64,000 nucleotides of DNA, taken from the NCBI GenBank assembly GCA_035526335.1, contig DATLCN010000046.1:45251-109250 (forward strand), given 5' to 3'. The translations under genes and the position numbers were made by a program. A model generated the notes under the pieces. It made no database searches and was not told where the DNA came from. It saw only the letters and a list, made by a program, of their open reading frames with translations. This DNA is from Acidimicrobiales bacterium. Its GTDB lineage: Bacteria; Actinomycetota; Acidimicrobiia; Acidimicrobiales; GCA-2861595. Below, piece after piece: positions 51,601-59,172 of the stretch. Positions within the stretch are counted from its first letter, which is position 1. Each line of letters starts with the position of its first letter.

Positions 51601-53209
51601 CGTTGACCGGCACGTACAGGGAGCCGTTGGTGCTCCAGACGAGGTCGTAGGGGTTCCGGGTGCCGCTGGCGTACACGGTCACGGGTGCTCCGGTCGCGTT
51701 CGGGTTGTAGCCGGCGCTGGTGTCGACGTTCACCGGTGAAGTGCCCTGAAAGCGGGTGTCGCGGTCGACGTCGGCCACGAGGATGGCGGCACTGAGTGGT
51801 GTCTCCTCACGGTTACCCCAGTACGAGTCGGGGGCTCCGTAGCCGCTGAGAGAGCCCTGGGCCAGGTAGAGCCGCCCGTCGGGCCCGAAATCGATGCCGT
51901 TGTTCATGTGGTCGTGTATTGATCGGGGGAGACCGGTGACGACGTCCCGCTTGTTCTCGAGGTTGGTGCCGGTGAGTAGTGACAACGTGCCGGTGAAGTT
52001 CGCCATGTTGTCGGCTCCCAGGGCCCCGTGTGAGACCCACAGCCTCAGGTCACCTGCCGTCGAGGCCGGATCGAACCGGAGTCCGAGGATGGTGCGCTGG
52101 TACTGCCACCGGTTGAACACCTCGGGTGATCCGGTAGCCGTTCCATCCGAGCCGATCGTGTAGCGCATTATCTGGCCGATGGCGTTGGCCACGTAGAGCT
52201 TTCCGTCGGGGCCGAAGGTGACCACCGTTGGACCCGTGACGGCACCGATCGCGAACCGGTCGAACGACGTCGCGGCCGGCGGCACGCCCTGGCTCCCGGT
52301 TGTGAAGGTGCTCCTGAACAGCTCGAACGGGGTGCCGGCGGTGGACAGGAGGCCTGAGGTCGTCTGCACCGTGAAGGTCGTGTTCGGTGCGAGTGCCGAA
52401 CCTGGCGTGAAGCTGATGAGGCTTCCGGCCGCATCGGAGTTGTAGACGCCTGTCACCTGGGTGCCGGTGGGATCGAGGAGCTTCACCGAGTTGGGGCCGA
52501 TGGTGTTCCTGTCGGCCGAGGTGCTCAGGCTGAGGGTGACCGAGGAGGTGACGAAGACGCCGGTCGTCCCGTTTCGCGGATCCGAGTCGAGCACCATCGG
52601 GGGCGTGATCCTGGCGATGTCCACGTAATTGATCTTGGTATTCGTGCCGCCGGTGGCATCGAGGGTGATGCGCCCGTCGCTCACGTTCACGGTGACGGTC
52701 GACACACGGAACTTGGTCGTCTGGTCCGGTGTGAAGTTGTCGACGGCGAGGGTGCCCTCGACTTTGAGGCGGTGGACACTGTCGGTGTAGAGCGGATCCC
52801 CGACGGCCACTGTCACCAGGTAGGTCCCGGCTGAGACCGCGTACTCCCAACGGCCAGGGGTCAGGATCATCCCCTCCTCGTCGCTGGACCCGTTGGCCTG
52901 CATGGCGAGGAAACTGTCGAGGCGCTTGTCCGCTTCGAGGTTCCTCTCGCGGCCGTTGCCGACGAGAGAGAGTTTCTTGTTGTTGGTCTGCGTGAGCCAG
53001 CCGTACTTGCGCGTGGCATCGAAGGCCTGCCCGTAGTCCCTCGTGTAGCCGGCGGGGACCTGCCCCGCCTCGGACTGGAAGTTCACCCGGGCCACGACCG
53101 TGGCGTCGGCGGCCGCAGGCATGGGCGCGACCATGGCCGCCAGGCAGGCCAGCGTCACGAGCAGCGCCGGGAGCCGTGGCCGCGTCGACGGGTCCCTCGT
53201 TGGCGTCAT
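48626..53209 (-). CDS. 1527-aa secreted multidomain protein: signal peptide, two carbohydrate-binding-like beta-sandwich repeats, Ig-like domains, a glucose/sorbosone-dehydrogenase-like beta-propeller and a C-terminal lectin-like region
   Basis: Signal peptide LLVTLACLAAMVAPMPAAADA. An internal ~165-aa repeat (RVNFQ...GRWEY...GGTNTKI.YVDI). Propeller-like strings GPDGKLYVA, GPDGRLYLAQG, SGTRNPYDLVW and YYGHPNP. Ig-like TAPQVGIGLSG...TYTLDGG...ARDVAGN. Confidence 0.7.
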   Translation of the reverse strand: MTPTRDPSTRPRLPALLVTLACLAAMVAPMPAAADATVVARVNFQSEAGQVPAGYTRDYGQAFDATRKYGWLTQTNNKKLSLVGNGRERNLEADKRLDSFLAMQANGSSDEEGMILTPGRWEYAVSAGTYLVTVAVGDPLYTDSVHRLKVEGTLAVDNFTPDQTTKFRVSTVTVNVSDGRITLDATGGTNTKINYVDIARITPPMVLDSDPRNGTTGVFVTSSVTLSLSTSADRNTIGPNSVKLLDPTGTQVTGVYNSDAAGSLISFTPGSALAPNTTFTVQTTSGLLSTAGTPFELFRSTFTTGSQGVPPAATSFDRFAIGAVTGPTVVTFGPDGKLYVANAIGQIMRYTIGSDGTATGSPEVFNRWQYQRTILGLRFDPASTAGDLRLWVSHGALGADNMANFTGTLSLLTGTNLENKRDVVTGLPRSIHDHMNNGIDFGPDGRLYLAQGSLSGYGAPDSYWGNREETPLSAAILVADVDRDTRFQGTSPVNVDTSAGYNPNATGAPVTVYASGTRNPYDLVWSTNGSLYVPVNESAGGNTPSGPSGNPPALTDLPAGRDFLAKATAGRYYGHPNPSRGQYVLNGGNPSGGVDPFETPQYPVGILPDPGWAPPALDLGLHRSADGIAEYTSNAFGGALRGSLLIAEYSNGDDIIAVSLDAGGKPGTPTQLAAGLYNPLDVAVNGANGNVYVAEYGSDPDGAGGKITLLRPSAAGTTRTPVARVNFQPQTAPVATGYSLDYGQGFDTTRGYGWISQTSTSALSLVGNARDRDLVADQRLDTLLHMQYSGTNGVAVPGRWEYALAAGTYDVTVSVGDAFAFDSTHRLTAEGVVAVDNFVPTSSNPFRSNTVRVNVADGRLTLDAAGGTNTKIDYVDIDRVDTSADTTAPQVGIGLSGTATDATTYSSDVTVTINATDSGSGVSSTTYTLDGGASTSYGGPFVVTTSGAHTVVATARDVAGNSASATRSFTINRTASASAMRVESPDDWLLLPSRLVFSTVNEEVRPGKTLTIRNSGTSTLSVTSVGISGPQASKFRLASGQPTSFNVAPGGTAPVSVEFRPSTTGVENYATLTIQGNDPGLPTATTALAGLDSNDYEGGNEPTLPQMGRSLGYSTNFGPESNFLGNNRLPVGDEIISPYWRRVDTSKPVGLTPLARYSSRETYTTGDAGWHAKGSPGTKTTMFNFSGGTDPSGGQNQRLFPQINAGGVTTFNPSSVFGIWGGYQAADFSDDGLNGSPKFHQVRFYPAKSPAGTPIPNTWIAAFDVSQLVDFKNYDYQDYIFLLTNAAPELTPGPAAGSAATNLGFGTSVTGTVADKDGEGTGFTGVQANAASNQYVPSLIDLDTTAGVLRLTSTGDTNTNSTNTQRNALELSYDATRRKTRVQTRLLGPTTDLNSGFQQKAVYFGPDQNNYFKLEVENHNGVPSITLFFEQNGSGTILAGPTALPSPGTISTLDLFITADVAAGTLTASYRLNSSNGADITTFGPSAAPNDVMRWFSSQARGGILVSNQGSTTPIVGVYDRFSIDAL
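50571..51052 (-). repeat. Internal coding repeat, copy 2
   Basis: Encodes TPVARVNFQPQTAPVATGYSLDYGQGFD...GRWEYALAAGTYDVTVSVGD...GGTNTKIDYVDIDRV. Confidence 0.8.
52608..53101 (-). repeat. Internal coding repeat, copy 1 (beta-sandwich module of the giant secreted protein)
   Basis: Encodes TVVARVNFQSEAGQVPAGYTRDYGQAFD...GRWEYAVSAGTYLVTVAVGD...GGTNTKINYVDIARI, collinear with copy 2. Confidence 0.8.
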
Positions 53210-53303
53210 CTCCCCAGCTCACCCCCCTACGTGCGGCGAACAGCGGAAACGACCGTTCGTCGCCGCCTCGCCCACTGATTGTACAGCACCTCAGGCGACG
53301 CCA

Positions 53304-54320
53304 CTACCGTCCGTGGGCGCTCGGGGCCGCGTCCTCCGGGGCGATCCGCGGGGAACCGAACAATCTCCGGAATACCGCCGATGCTCGGGGTGAACTCCCG
53401 TTGGAGAGCTGATGAGTGCCGTAGTCCCAGAAGTTGGCGTAGGCGACCTGGTTGGACGATATCCACCGGCTCATGGCCTCGATGAACTGCGGATCGTCAC
53501 CGCCGCCCCCTCGGCGGCGAGGCCACAGGCCCCACTCGTCGAACGACATCGGCTTGCGATGTGAAGCCGCGAACCGACGGTGCCAGTCGAGGCCGAAAGG
53601 CTCGTTCACCATGTCGTCCCAGCGGGCCGTGAAGTTGTTCGTGTGCCAGAAGCTGCTGTCGTAGTTGTCGAGCCCGATGTAGTCGACGTACTCGTCGCCG
53701 GGGTAGGACAGGTCCGGTGACGTGGCCTGTCGGCCGCGGGTCGGGTTCCAGGCGAAACGGAAGTGGGCGCCGGGAACCGACCTCATGGCGTTCACGATCC
53801 TGCGCCAGTACCGCACGAACGCCTCCTCGTGGCCGGCCGCGGCCCATGGAAACCAACTCCCGTTGAACTCCCATCCGAGTCGGATCGTGTCAGCGGCATG
53901 GCCCCGGGTGACGAGAACGTGGGCCAGGGCCGAGAAATGTCGGTCATAGCGGCCGGCAGCGCCGGCGTCGAGGCTGGATCCGTTCGTCGTGAGGATGGGC
54001 ACACCCCACTCGAAGGCGACCCGTCCCTGGTCGGCTTGCCACCGGTCGAGGATCCAACTCGGGTTCTCGATCGTCCTCCACGAGCGCCCGTCGAAGAAAT
54101 CGAGGACCTGGTCGACCGACCGCCCGGTCCAGGTCTCGAATCTGCGGACCCCGCTCGAGTTGCCTGCCCCGCGGTACACCCCGAAGCGCCGGGATTCCAG
54201 ACTCCTCGGGGACGAGGCGGGCGATGTCCTACGGGCCTCCGGGTTCGTGGCGCCGGCGGCCAACGACGCGCCGAGCGCGAGTGCCGCCACGAGAACTGCG
54301 CACAGGCGGGTGGGCTTCAT
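53304..54320 (-). CDS. Secreted clan GH-A glycoside hydrolase, GH26-like
   Basis: Signal peptide. RLGWEFNGSWFPW (acid/base Glu context) and MSFDEWGLW (nucleophile Glu context). Confidence 0.6.
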   Translation of the reverse strand: MKPTRLCAVLVAALALGASLAAGATNPEARRTSPASSPRSLESRRFGVYRGAGNSSGVRRFETWTGRSVDQVLDFFDGRSWRTIENPSWILDRWQADQGRVAFEWGVPILTTNGSSLDAGAAGRYDRHFSALAHVLVTRGHAADTIRLGWEFNGSWFPWAAAGHEEAFVRYWRRIVNAMRSVPGAHFRFAWNPTRGRQATSPDLSYPGDEYVDYIGLDNYDSSFWHTNNFTARWDDMVNEPFGLDWHRRFAASHRKPMSFDEWGLWPRRRGGGGDDPQFIEAMSRWISSNQVAYANFWDYGTHQLSNGSSPRASAVFRRLFGSPRIAPEDAAPSAHGR

Positions 54321-54400
54321 GTGAACAGGCTCCCCCGAAGGGGGAGCCTGTCGATTCTATTGGAGACTCGGCCCCGATCCTCGTCGGTGGTCCCCGGTGA

Positions 54401-56083
54401 TCACACCGGGGATGTGACGCTGAGAACGAAGCTGGTCCGGCTCGACCCGCTCACGACGAGACCGTAGGTGTCCTTGGCGAGGGGCACCGACACCTTCATG
54501 CCGCTGGCGCCAATCTGCTGGGTCACCGTCTGCCCGGTGCTGGACAGCACCGTCAGCGTCAGCGAGGCGGCCTTGGGGAAGGTGAGGACGAATTGCGCGG
54601 TGCCGCCTCCGGTGGTGTGGCTGAAGGTCCGGCTCGACATCCGCGAGGTGAGGGATCCCGAGTAGGAGACAGTGGTCACGTTGGTGACCGTGAAAGTCGC
54701 GCTGGTGACCACCGTGCCTCCACCCACGAGGTCGGCCGCGACGGTGACGACGTGGCTGCCGGCTGAGATCGACCGGGTGTCGAAGGGCATGGCCGTTCCG
54801 TCGGCCGCGGTGCCGGCGAAGTCGTAGGGCTGCACCGCCTCGGTCTGCCTGGGCGGCTGCGCCATGTTGGCGTCATCGAGGTAGAAGCGGGCCTGCGAGA
54901 TGGCCTTGTCGGACGAGGCCGAGATGAAGATGTTCCCGCTGACCACCGCATCGGCCAGGGAGGTCGGGCTGGTGCGGTTCGCCGTGTCGCTCTTGACCAG
55001 TGAGACCGTCGCTGCCGTTGAGGTGGGCGCCGTCGTGGTCGTCGTGGTCGTGGGCGTGGTCGTCGTGGTGGTGGCAGGAGTCGTGGTGGTGGTGGTGGTC
55101 GTCGTGGATGATGCCGTTCCGAACGACTGCTTGAAGGCGGCGGCAGCGTTGGGGTAGTTGCCCGCGGTGATGCCGTAGCCGGGTGGCTGCTCCCAGAAGT
55201 TCGCATAGGCCACGTTGTTGTTGGTGATCCATGCCTTCATCGAGGTGATGAAGTAGGGGCTGTCTCCGCCACCGCCACCCGGACCGTCGACTGCCCACAC
55301 GCCCCACTCGTCATAGGTCATCTGCTTGCCATGAGCTGCGGCGAAAGCGGCGTGCCAGTTGAGGCCGTAGGCCTGGGTCGCGAACCAGTTCCAGCGGGCT
55401 GCCGCATCGGGGTACTGGGTGGCCCCGCCGTCGTAGGCGTCGAGTCCGATGTAGTCGACATACGCGTCACCCGGGTAGGCGGAGTCGGGGGCCACGTAGA
55501 GCCGCCCGAGCGTCGGGTTCCAGGTGAACCGGAAGTTGGCCCCGGGCACGGACCGCATGGCGGTGACGACCCGGCGCCAGTAGGTCATGAAGTCGGCCTT
55601 GTTGGCGTCGGTGACCGACCACGGGAACCAGTTCCCGTTGAACTCCCACCCGAGGCGGATCGTGTCGCTGCCGCGACCCTTGGCCACGAGGTTCTGGGCC
55701 AGGACGCTGAAATGGCTGTCGTAGGCGCCGGCTGCACCCTGGGCGAAGCTGGTGCCGCTGTTCAGCAGGATCGGCACGCCCCAGGAGAAGGAGTACTTCG
55801 TCCCGGTCGAGTTCCAACGATCGATGATCCAGCTGGGGTTCTCGATGCTCGCCCAGCTGCTTCCGTCGAAGAAGTCGGTGATCTGGTCGACGGGGCGCCC
55901 CAGGAAGGACTCGAAGTCGGCGGCGCCCGTGACGTTGCCGGCGCCCCGGTAGAGGCCGAGCCGGCGGGGAGCGCTGCTCCCCTCGCCGTACGCGGCGCTG
56001 GTCGGGCCGAAGCTGAAGGCGGCCGCGGTGATCGCCACTGCGATTGTCACAGCTGCGAAGGTGCGGATTCGGGTCGATGTCAT
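54401..56083 (-). CDS. Secreted GH26-like glycoside hydrolase paralog with a poly-Thr linker and C-terminal beta-sandwich domains
   Basis: The N-terminal ~300 aa are collinear with the 53304-54320 product (RLGWEFNGNWFPW, MTYDEWGVW). A T-rich linker TTTTTTTTTPATTTTTTPTTTTTTT follows, then about 200 aa rich in beta-strand T/V/S. Confidence 0.6.
   Translation of the reverse strand: MTSTRIRTFAAVTIAVAITAAAFSFGPTSAAYGEGSSAPRRLGLYRGAGNVTGAADFESFLGRPVDQITDFFDGSSWASIENPSWIIDRWNSTGTKYSFSWGVPILLNSGTSFAQGAAGAYDSHFSVLAQNLVAKGRGSDTIRLGWEFNGNWFPWSVTDANKADFMTYWRRVVTAMRSVPGANFRFTWNPTLGRLYVAPDSAYPGDAYVDYIGLDAYDGGATQYPDAAARWNWFATQAYGLNWHAAFAAAHGKQMTYDEWGVWAVDGPGGGGGDSPYFITSMKAWITNNNVAYANFWEQPPGYGITAGNYPNAAAAFKQSFGTASSTTTTTTTTTPATTTTTTPTTTTTTTAPTSTAATVSLVKSDTANRTSPTSLADAVVSGNIFISASSDKAISQARFYLDDANMAQPPRQTEAVQPYDFAGTAADGTAMPFDTRSISAGSHVVTVAADLVGGGTVVTSATFTVTNVTTVSYSGSLTSRMSSRTFSHTTGGGTAQFVLTFPKAASLTLTVLSSTGQTVTQQIGASGMKVSVPLAKDTYGLVVSGSSRTSFVLSVTSPV
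55020..55110 (-). repeat. Low-complexity ACC/ACG codon run encoding a poly-Thr(Pro/Ala) linker
   Basis: The plus strand shows GGT/CGT repeats (gtcgtggtcgtcgtggtcgtggg...ggtggtggtggtggtcgtcgtgg). Confidence 0.85.
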
Positions 56084-56510
56084 CGGACTTCCTTGTGGTT
56101 GCGGAGGGCCCGAGTTGCCATCTGGGGAGTTCCGACTCCCGATGTCCCGGTGACCCTGCTGATGCGGTCATTTGCCTGATCGGGAGCCCCGCTCGCGAAC
56201 CTGACGGCCCGGGCGGAGTGTTGGGGGAACGTTGTCGAACCGTGTCCGGATACGGGCGCGTGTTGACAGAGGGTTGGGCAACGGCCGTCAACCCGCCCGT
56301 CAGCCGGGCGTGAGATCGAAGTGAACTGAACTGTTCGCACCGCGGTGGTGTCGACTGCTCAGAAAGCCGGGCGTATCACCCCGCGGAGCCATTTCGGGCT
56401 GATCACTTCAGGCCACTCCGTCCTTTCGGGCACTCGGTTCGGAGGCGCGGAGGTCAGCGGCGCTCACCGCTCACCCCAGGAGTCCGACCGGGATCAGCGG
56501 GCGTCGGGCT

Positions 56511-57992
56511 CTAGGACGAGCGAGCGACCGCGGCGTCGGTCGGGTCGCGCTGGACCCGATGCTGCGCGGCCGCGAGCATGATTCCGATGAGCACCCACAT
56601 CGGTTGGGGTAGCCCGCTCGACGTGAAATAGGGGAAGACGGCGTGCATGGGAACCAGAAGCGCGACGAGCACGATGAGTAGCCGGGCGACTGCCCGGCAG
56701 GGTGCCTCCTGGCTGTCCGCCAGTCGGCGGGCGCGGAGGCAGAGCGCCCACATGAGCGCGGCGTACAGCGCCAGCAGGGGTATGCCGCCCCGGAGCAAAA
56801 GCGTCAGGTAGAGCGACTCCGTGTACAGCCATGTGATTTCCGGTGGAAGATCGGGTCCGTACCCCATTACGAGGTGTCGGCTGATCACGGGGATGTACTG
56901 CTCCTTCCAGATCTCGAGCCGGAAGCCGATCGTCTGGGGAATCAGCTCGCTCCGCTCCTCGCCCGGCGCAGTCAGCTGTTGGCCTTCGAGACGTTTGGTC
57001 AGCACCGGGCCGAACAGGAAGGCAATTGCCAGCACCGCGACCAGCGACCACGCCAGCGCCCGTTCGAGATGGCCGTACCAGAGGGCAAGAACCACCGTTC
57101 CCGCCACGAAAGCGGCCAGCGTCGTGAGGGTGGTGGTGAGCACCAGCGCCGCGGATCCCGCGGCAAGCACGACCACCAGCCCCTTCACCCCCATCACGTT
57201 GCTCGAGCGGTCGAGGAGCAGGACCACGGTGAGGAGCAGGATGATGAAGAGGTAGCCGGCGAACGGGTGCCAGCCCGGGAACAGGCTCGTGGCGCGGGGG
57301 GTGTGGAGATAGCTCCAGGAGTAGAAGACGTCTCCGCCCGTGAGCTGGATGACCATCTGCCGGGTCCCGCCGATGTTGAGCTGCTGAAGGATGCCGACGG
57401 CGGACATGGGGAGACTGGCCAGCAGCAGAAGGCGCAACGCCTGCCGCCGGCGGTAGGCCGGGGACAGGGAGACCATCACCGTGCGGTAGAGGAGGAAGAA
57501 CTGGACCGGGCCGAGCATCGTGCCGACATTGGTCGCGTCGAAGGGGGCGCCTCTGCGAGCCAGGCTCCATGAGCCCAGGAGGATCCCGGCGCCGGCGTAA
57601 GCCACTGCGAGAAAGTCCAGCGCGCACCAGCGGAAGGCACTGAGGCGGCTCGTCGGAACGAGTACGAGCGCGGCAACGCCGACGATGAGAGACTCGGACA
57701 ACCGCAGCCCGGGGATCGGCACTCCTCTCTGCAGGCCGGCCGTCGCGGGTACCGCGCCGGCGAGCAGAAGGCCCCCGATGGCGGGACGGTAGAGGATGGC
57801 CAGGCCGAGCCCGACACCGATGAGCGCCACCGCGGCGGCAACTGGTCCGAAGATGAACGTGGCGCCGACGAAGACGCTCGAGGCAGGGACCAGGGCGGTC
57901 ATCGCGATCTCGTGGGACCGCTTGGTCAACCACCCCTGCTCGGACGGCTCGAGGCGGCTCGTGACGAGCGCGGACTTCTGGTTCACCTGCAT
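56511..57992 (-). CDS. O-antigen ligase / Wzy polymerase-like polytopic membrane protein
   Basis: About 12 TM segments with a larger loop near the C-terminal third. Located in the Wzx-type locus. Start set at ATG 57992, 10 nt after the upstream stop. Confidence 0.6.
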   Translation of the reverse strand: MQVNQKSALVTSRLEPSEQGWLTKRSHEIAMTALVPASSVFVGATFIFGPVAAAVALIGVGLGLAILYRPAIGGLLLAGAVPATAGLQRGVPIPGLRLSESLIVGVAALVLVPTSRLSAFRWCALDFLAVAYAGAGILLGSWSLARRGAPFDATNVGTMLGPVQFFLLYRTVMVSLSPAYRRRQALRLLLLASLPMSAVGILQQLNIGGTRQMVIQLTGGDVFYSWSYLHTPRATSLFPGWHPFAGYLFIILLLTVVLLLDRSSNVMGVKGLVVVLAAGSAALVLTTTLTTLAAFVAGTVVLALWYGHLERALAWSLVAVLAIAFLFGPVLTKRLEGQQLTAPGEERSELIPQTIGFRLEIWKEQYIPVISRHLVMGYGPDLPPEITWLYTESLYLTLLLRGGIPLLALYAALMWALCLRARRLADSQEAPCRAVARLLIVLVALLVPMHAVFPYFTSSGLPQPMWVLIGIMLAAAQHRVQRDPTDAAVARSS

Positions 57993-58002
57993 GGCCTGGT
58001 CG

Positions 58003-59172
58003 TCAAGCCGGGTCTCTCGCCGCGCTCGCCTTGACCATGGGATTGACAATGGCCTCCACTGCCGCGTGTTCCCGCAGCTCGCGGTGGGTGACGAGCCGGC
58101 CCCGCCGCCGGCGCACGAGCATCGTCCATGCCGGTGTGACACCGAACTGGCCCAGCAGCGTCATCGCCGACCGGACATTGGCGGCTGTGGTCTCTTCCAT
58201 CACGATCAGGATGGTCAACTGTGACTCCAGGGCGAGCGATTCACCTGCGGCCGCCCCTCCGGGTACTCCGCCCGGCACGAGGGTGAGGCGCCTGGATCCG
58301 TTCCGGTCGGACGGCCCGTCCGGCATGAGCGCGAAACGTGACTTCCCGAACCGTTGCGTTGAACCGTCGGCGACCACGACGTCGCCCCCCTCCAGCTTGG
58401 CGGCGGACGCCAGGGCACGAGCCAGGTCACCGACCATGGCCTCCAGATTGGGCCTGACGGGTATCAGGGCGATCCTCGCGGGAAGCGATCCGCAGAGGGA
58501 GCGCCATCGGTCGAGGAGCGCAGCTGCCGATAGGACCGAAAGCCCCTCGAGCGGTGTCACCGGGCAACCCGTCTCCGCCCCCAGTGAGCCGGCGTCGTCG
58601 ATGCGAGGGTTCGAACGTTCCCACGCGGCGACGATCACCGCACCGAGGCAGAGGCCGAGAAGAAGGCCTACGGGAAGGATGCCGGACCTGCCGGTGGTGA
58701 CCCGTCCGGCAGCTTTGGGCAACCGGGCCACAACTATGGCGCCGGGCAGGATGGTGGGTGAGGCAGGGGTGGCAGCGGAGATGGCCTCGGCCACCGCCCG
58801 TGCTCCCCTTACGGCCACGACCGGATCGTCGTCGACGTAGCGGACGGTGAGCAGTGAGGTCCCGAGCGGCGAGAGCGCGGAAATCCGCGCTCCGACCCGC
58901 TCGGGAGTCGTTTTGAGTGACTTGGCGACGGCCCCCAGCACGGCGCTGTCCTGTGGGATCAACTCCGCATAGGTCCCCGCTGTCACCGCGTTCGTGTTGC
59001 TCGGTCGCACGACGAGCAGCGCCTCCGCCCGGTAGAAGGAGGAGGTCGGTGCATCGGTCAGCTGAACCGCGAACGTGGCGACGATCAAGGTCGTCGTGAC
59101 GGGCACCCACCACCGCCGGCGGAGCCAGGCCAGCCTCGCGCGGAGCGGCGGGCCCTCGAAGGGCCGGCTCAT
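58003..59172 (-). CDS. Polysaccharide co-polymerase (Wzz/PCP-like) with a degenerate BY-kinase-like C-terminal domain
   Basis: TM1 (WWVPVTTTLIVATFAV), a periplasmic-type domain and TM2 (LPVGLLLGLCLGAVIVAAW). A P-loop-NTPase-like fold follows, in which the Walker A position reads IPVRPNLEAMVGDLA. ATGA overlap with the upstream GT gene. Confidence 0.6.
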   Translation of the reverse strand: MSRPFEGPPLRARLAWLRRRWWVPVTTTLIVATFAVQLTDAPTSSFYRAEALLVVRPSNTNAVTAGTYAELIPQDSAVLGAVAKSLKTTPERVGARISALSPLGTSLLTVRYVDDDPVVAVRGARAVAEAISAATPASPTILPGAIVVARLPKAAGRVTTGRSGILPVGLLLGLCLGAVIVAAWERSNPRIDDAGSLGAETGCPVTPLEGLSVLSAAALLDRWRSLCGSLPARIALIPVRPNLEAMVGDLARALASAAKLEGGDVVVADGSTQRFGKSRFALMPDGPSDRNGSRRLTLVPGGVPGGAAAGESLALESQLTILIVMEETTAANVRSAMTLLGQFGVTPAWTMLVRRRRGRLVTHRELREHAAVEAIVNPMVKASAARDPA

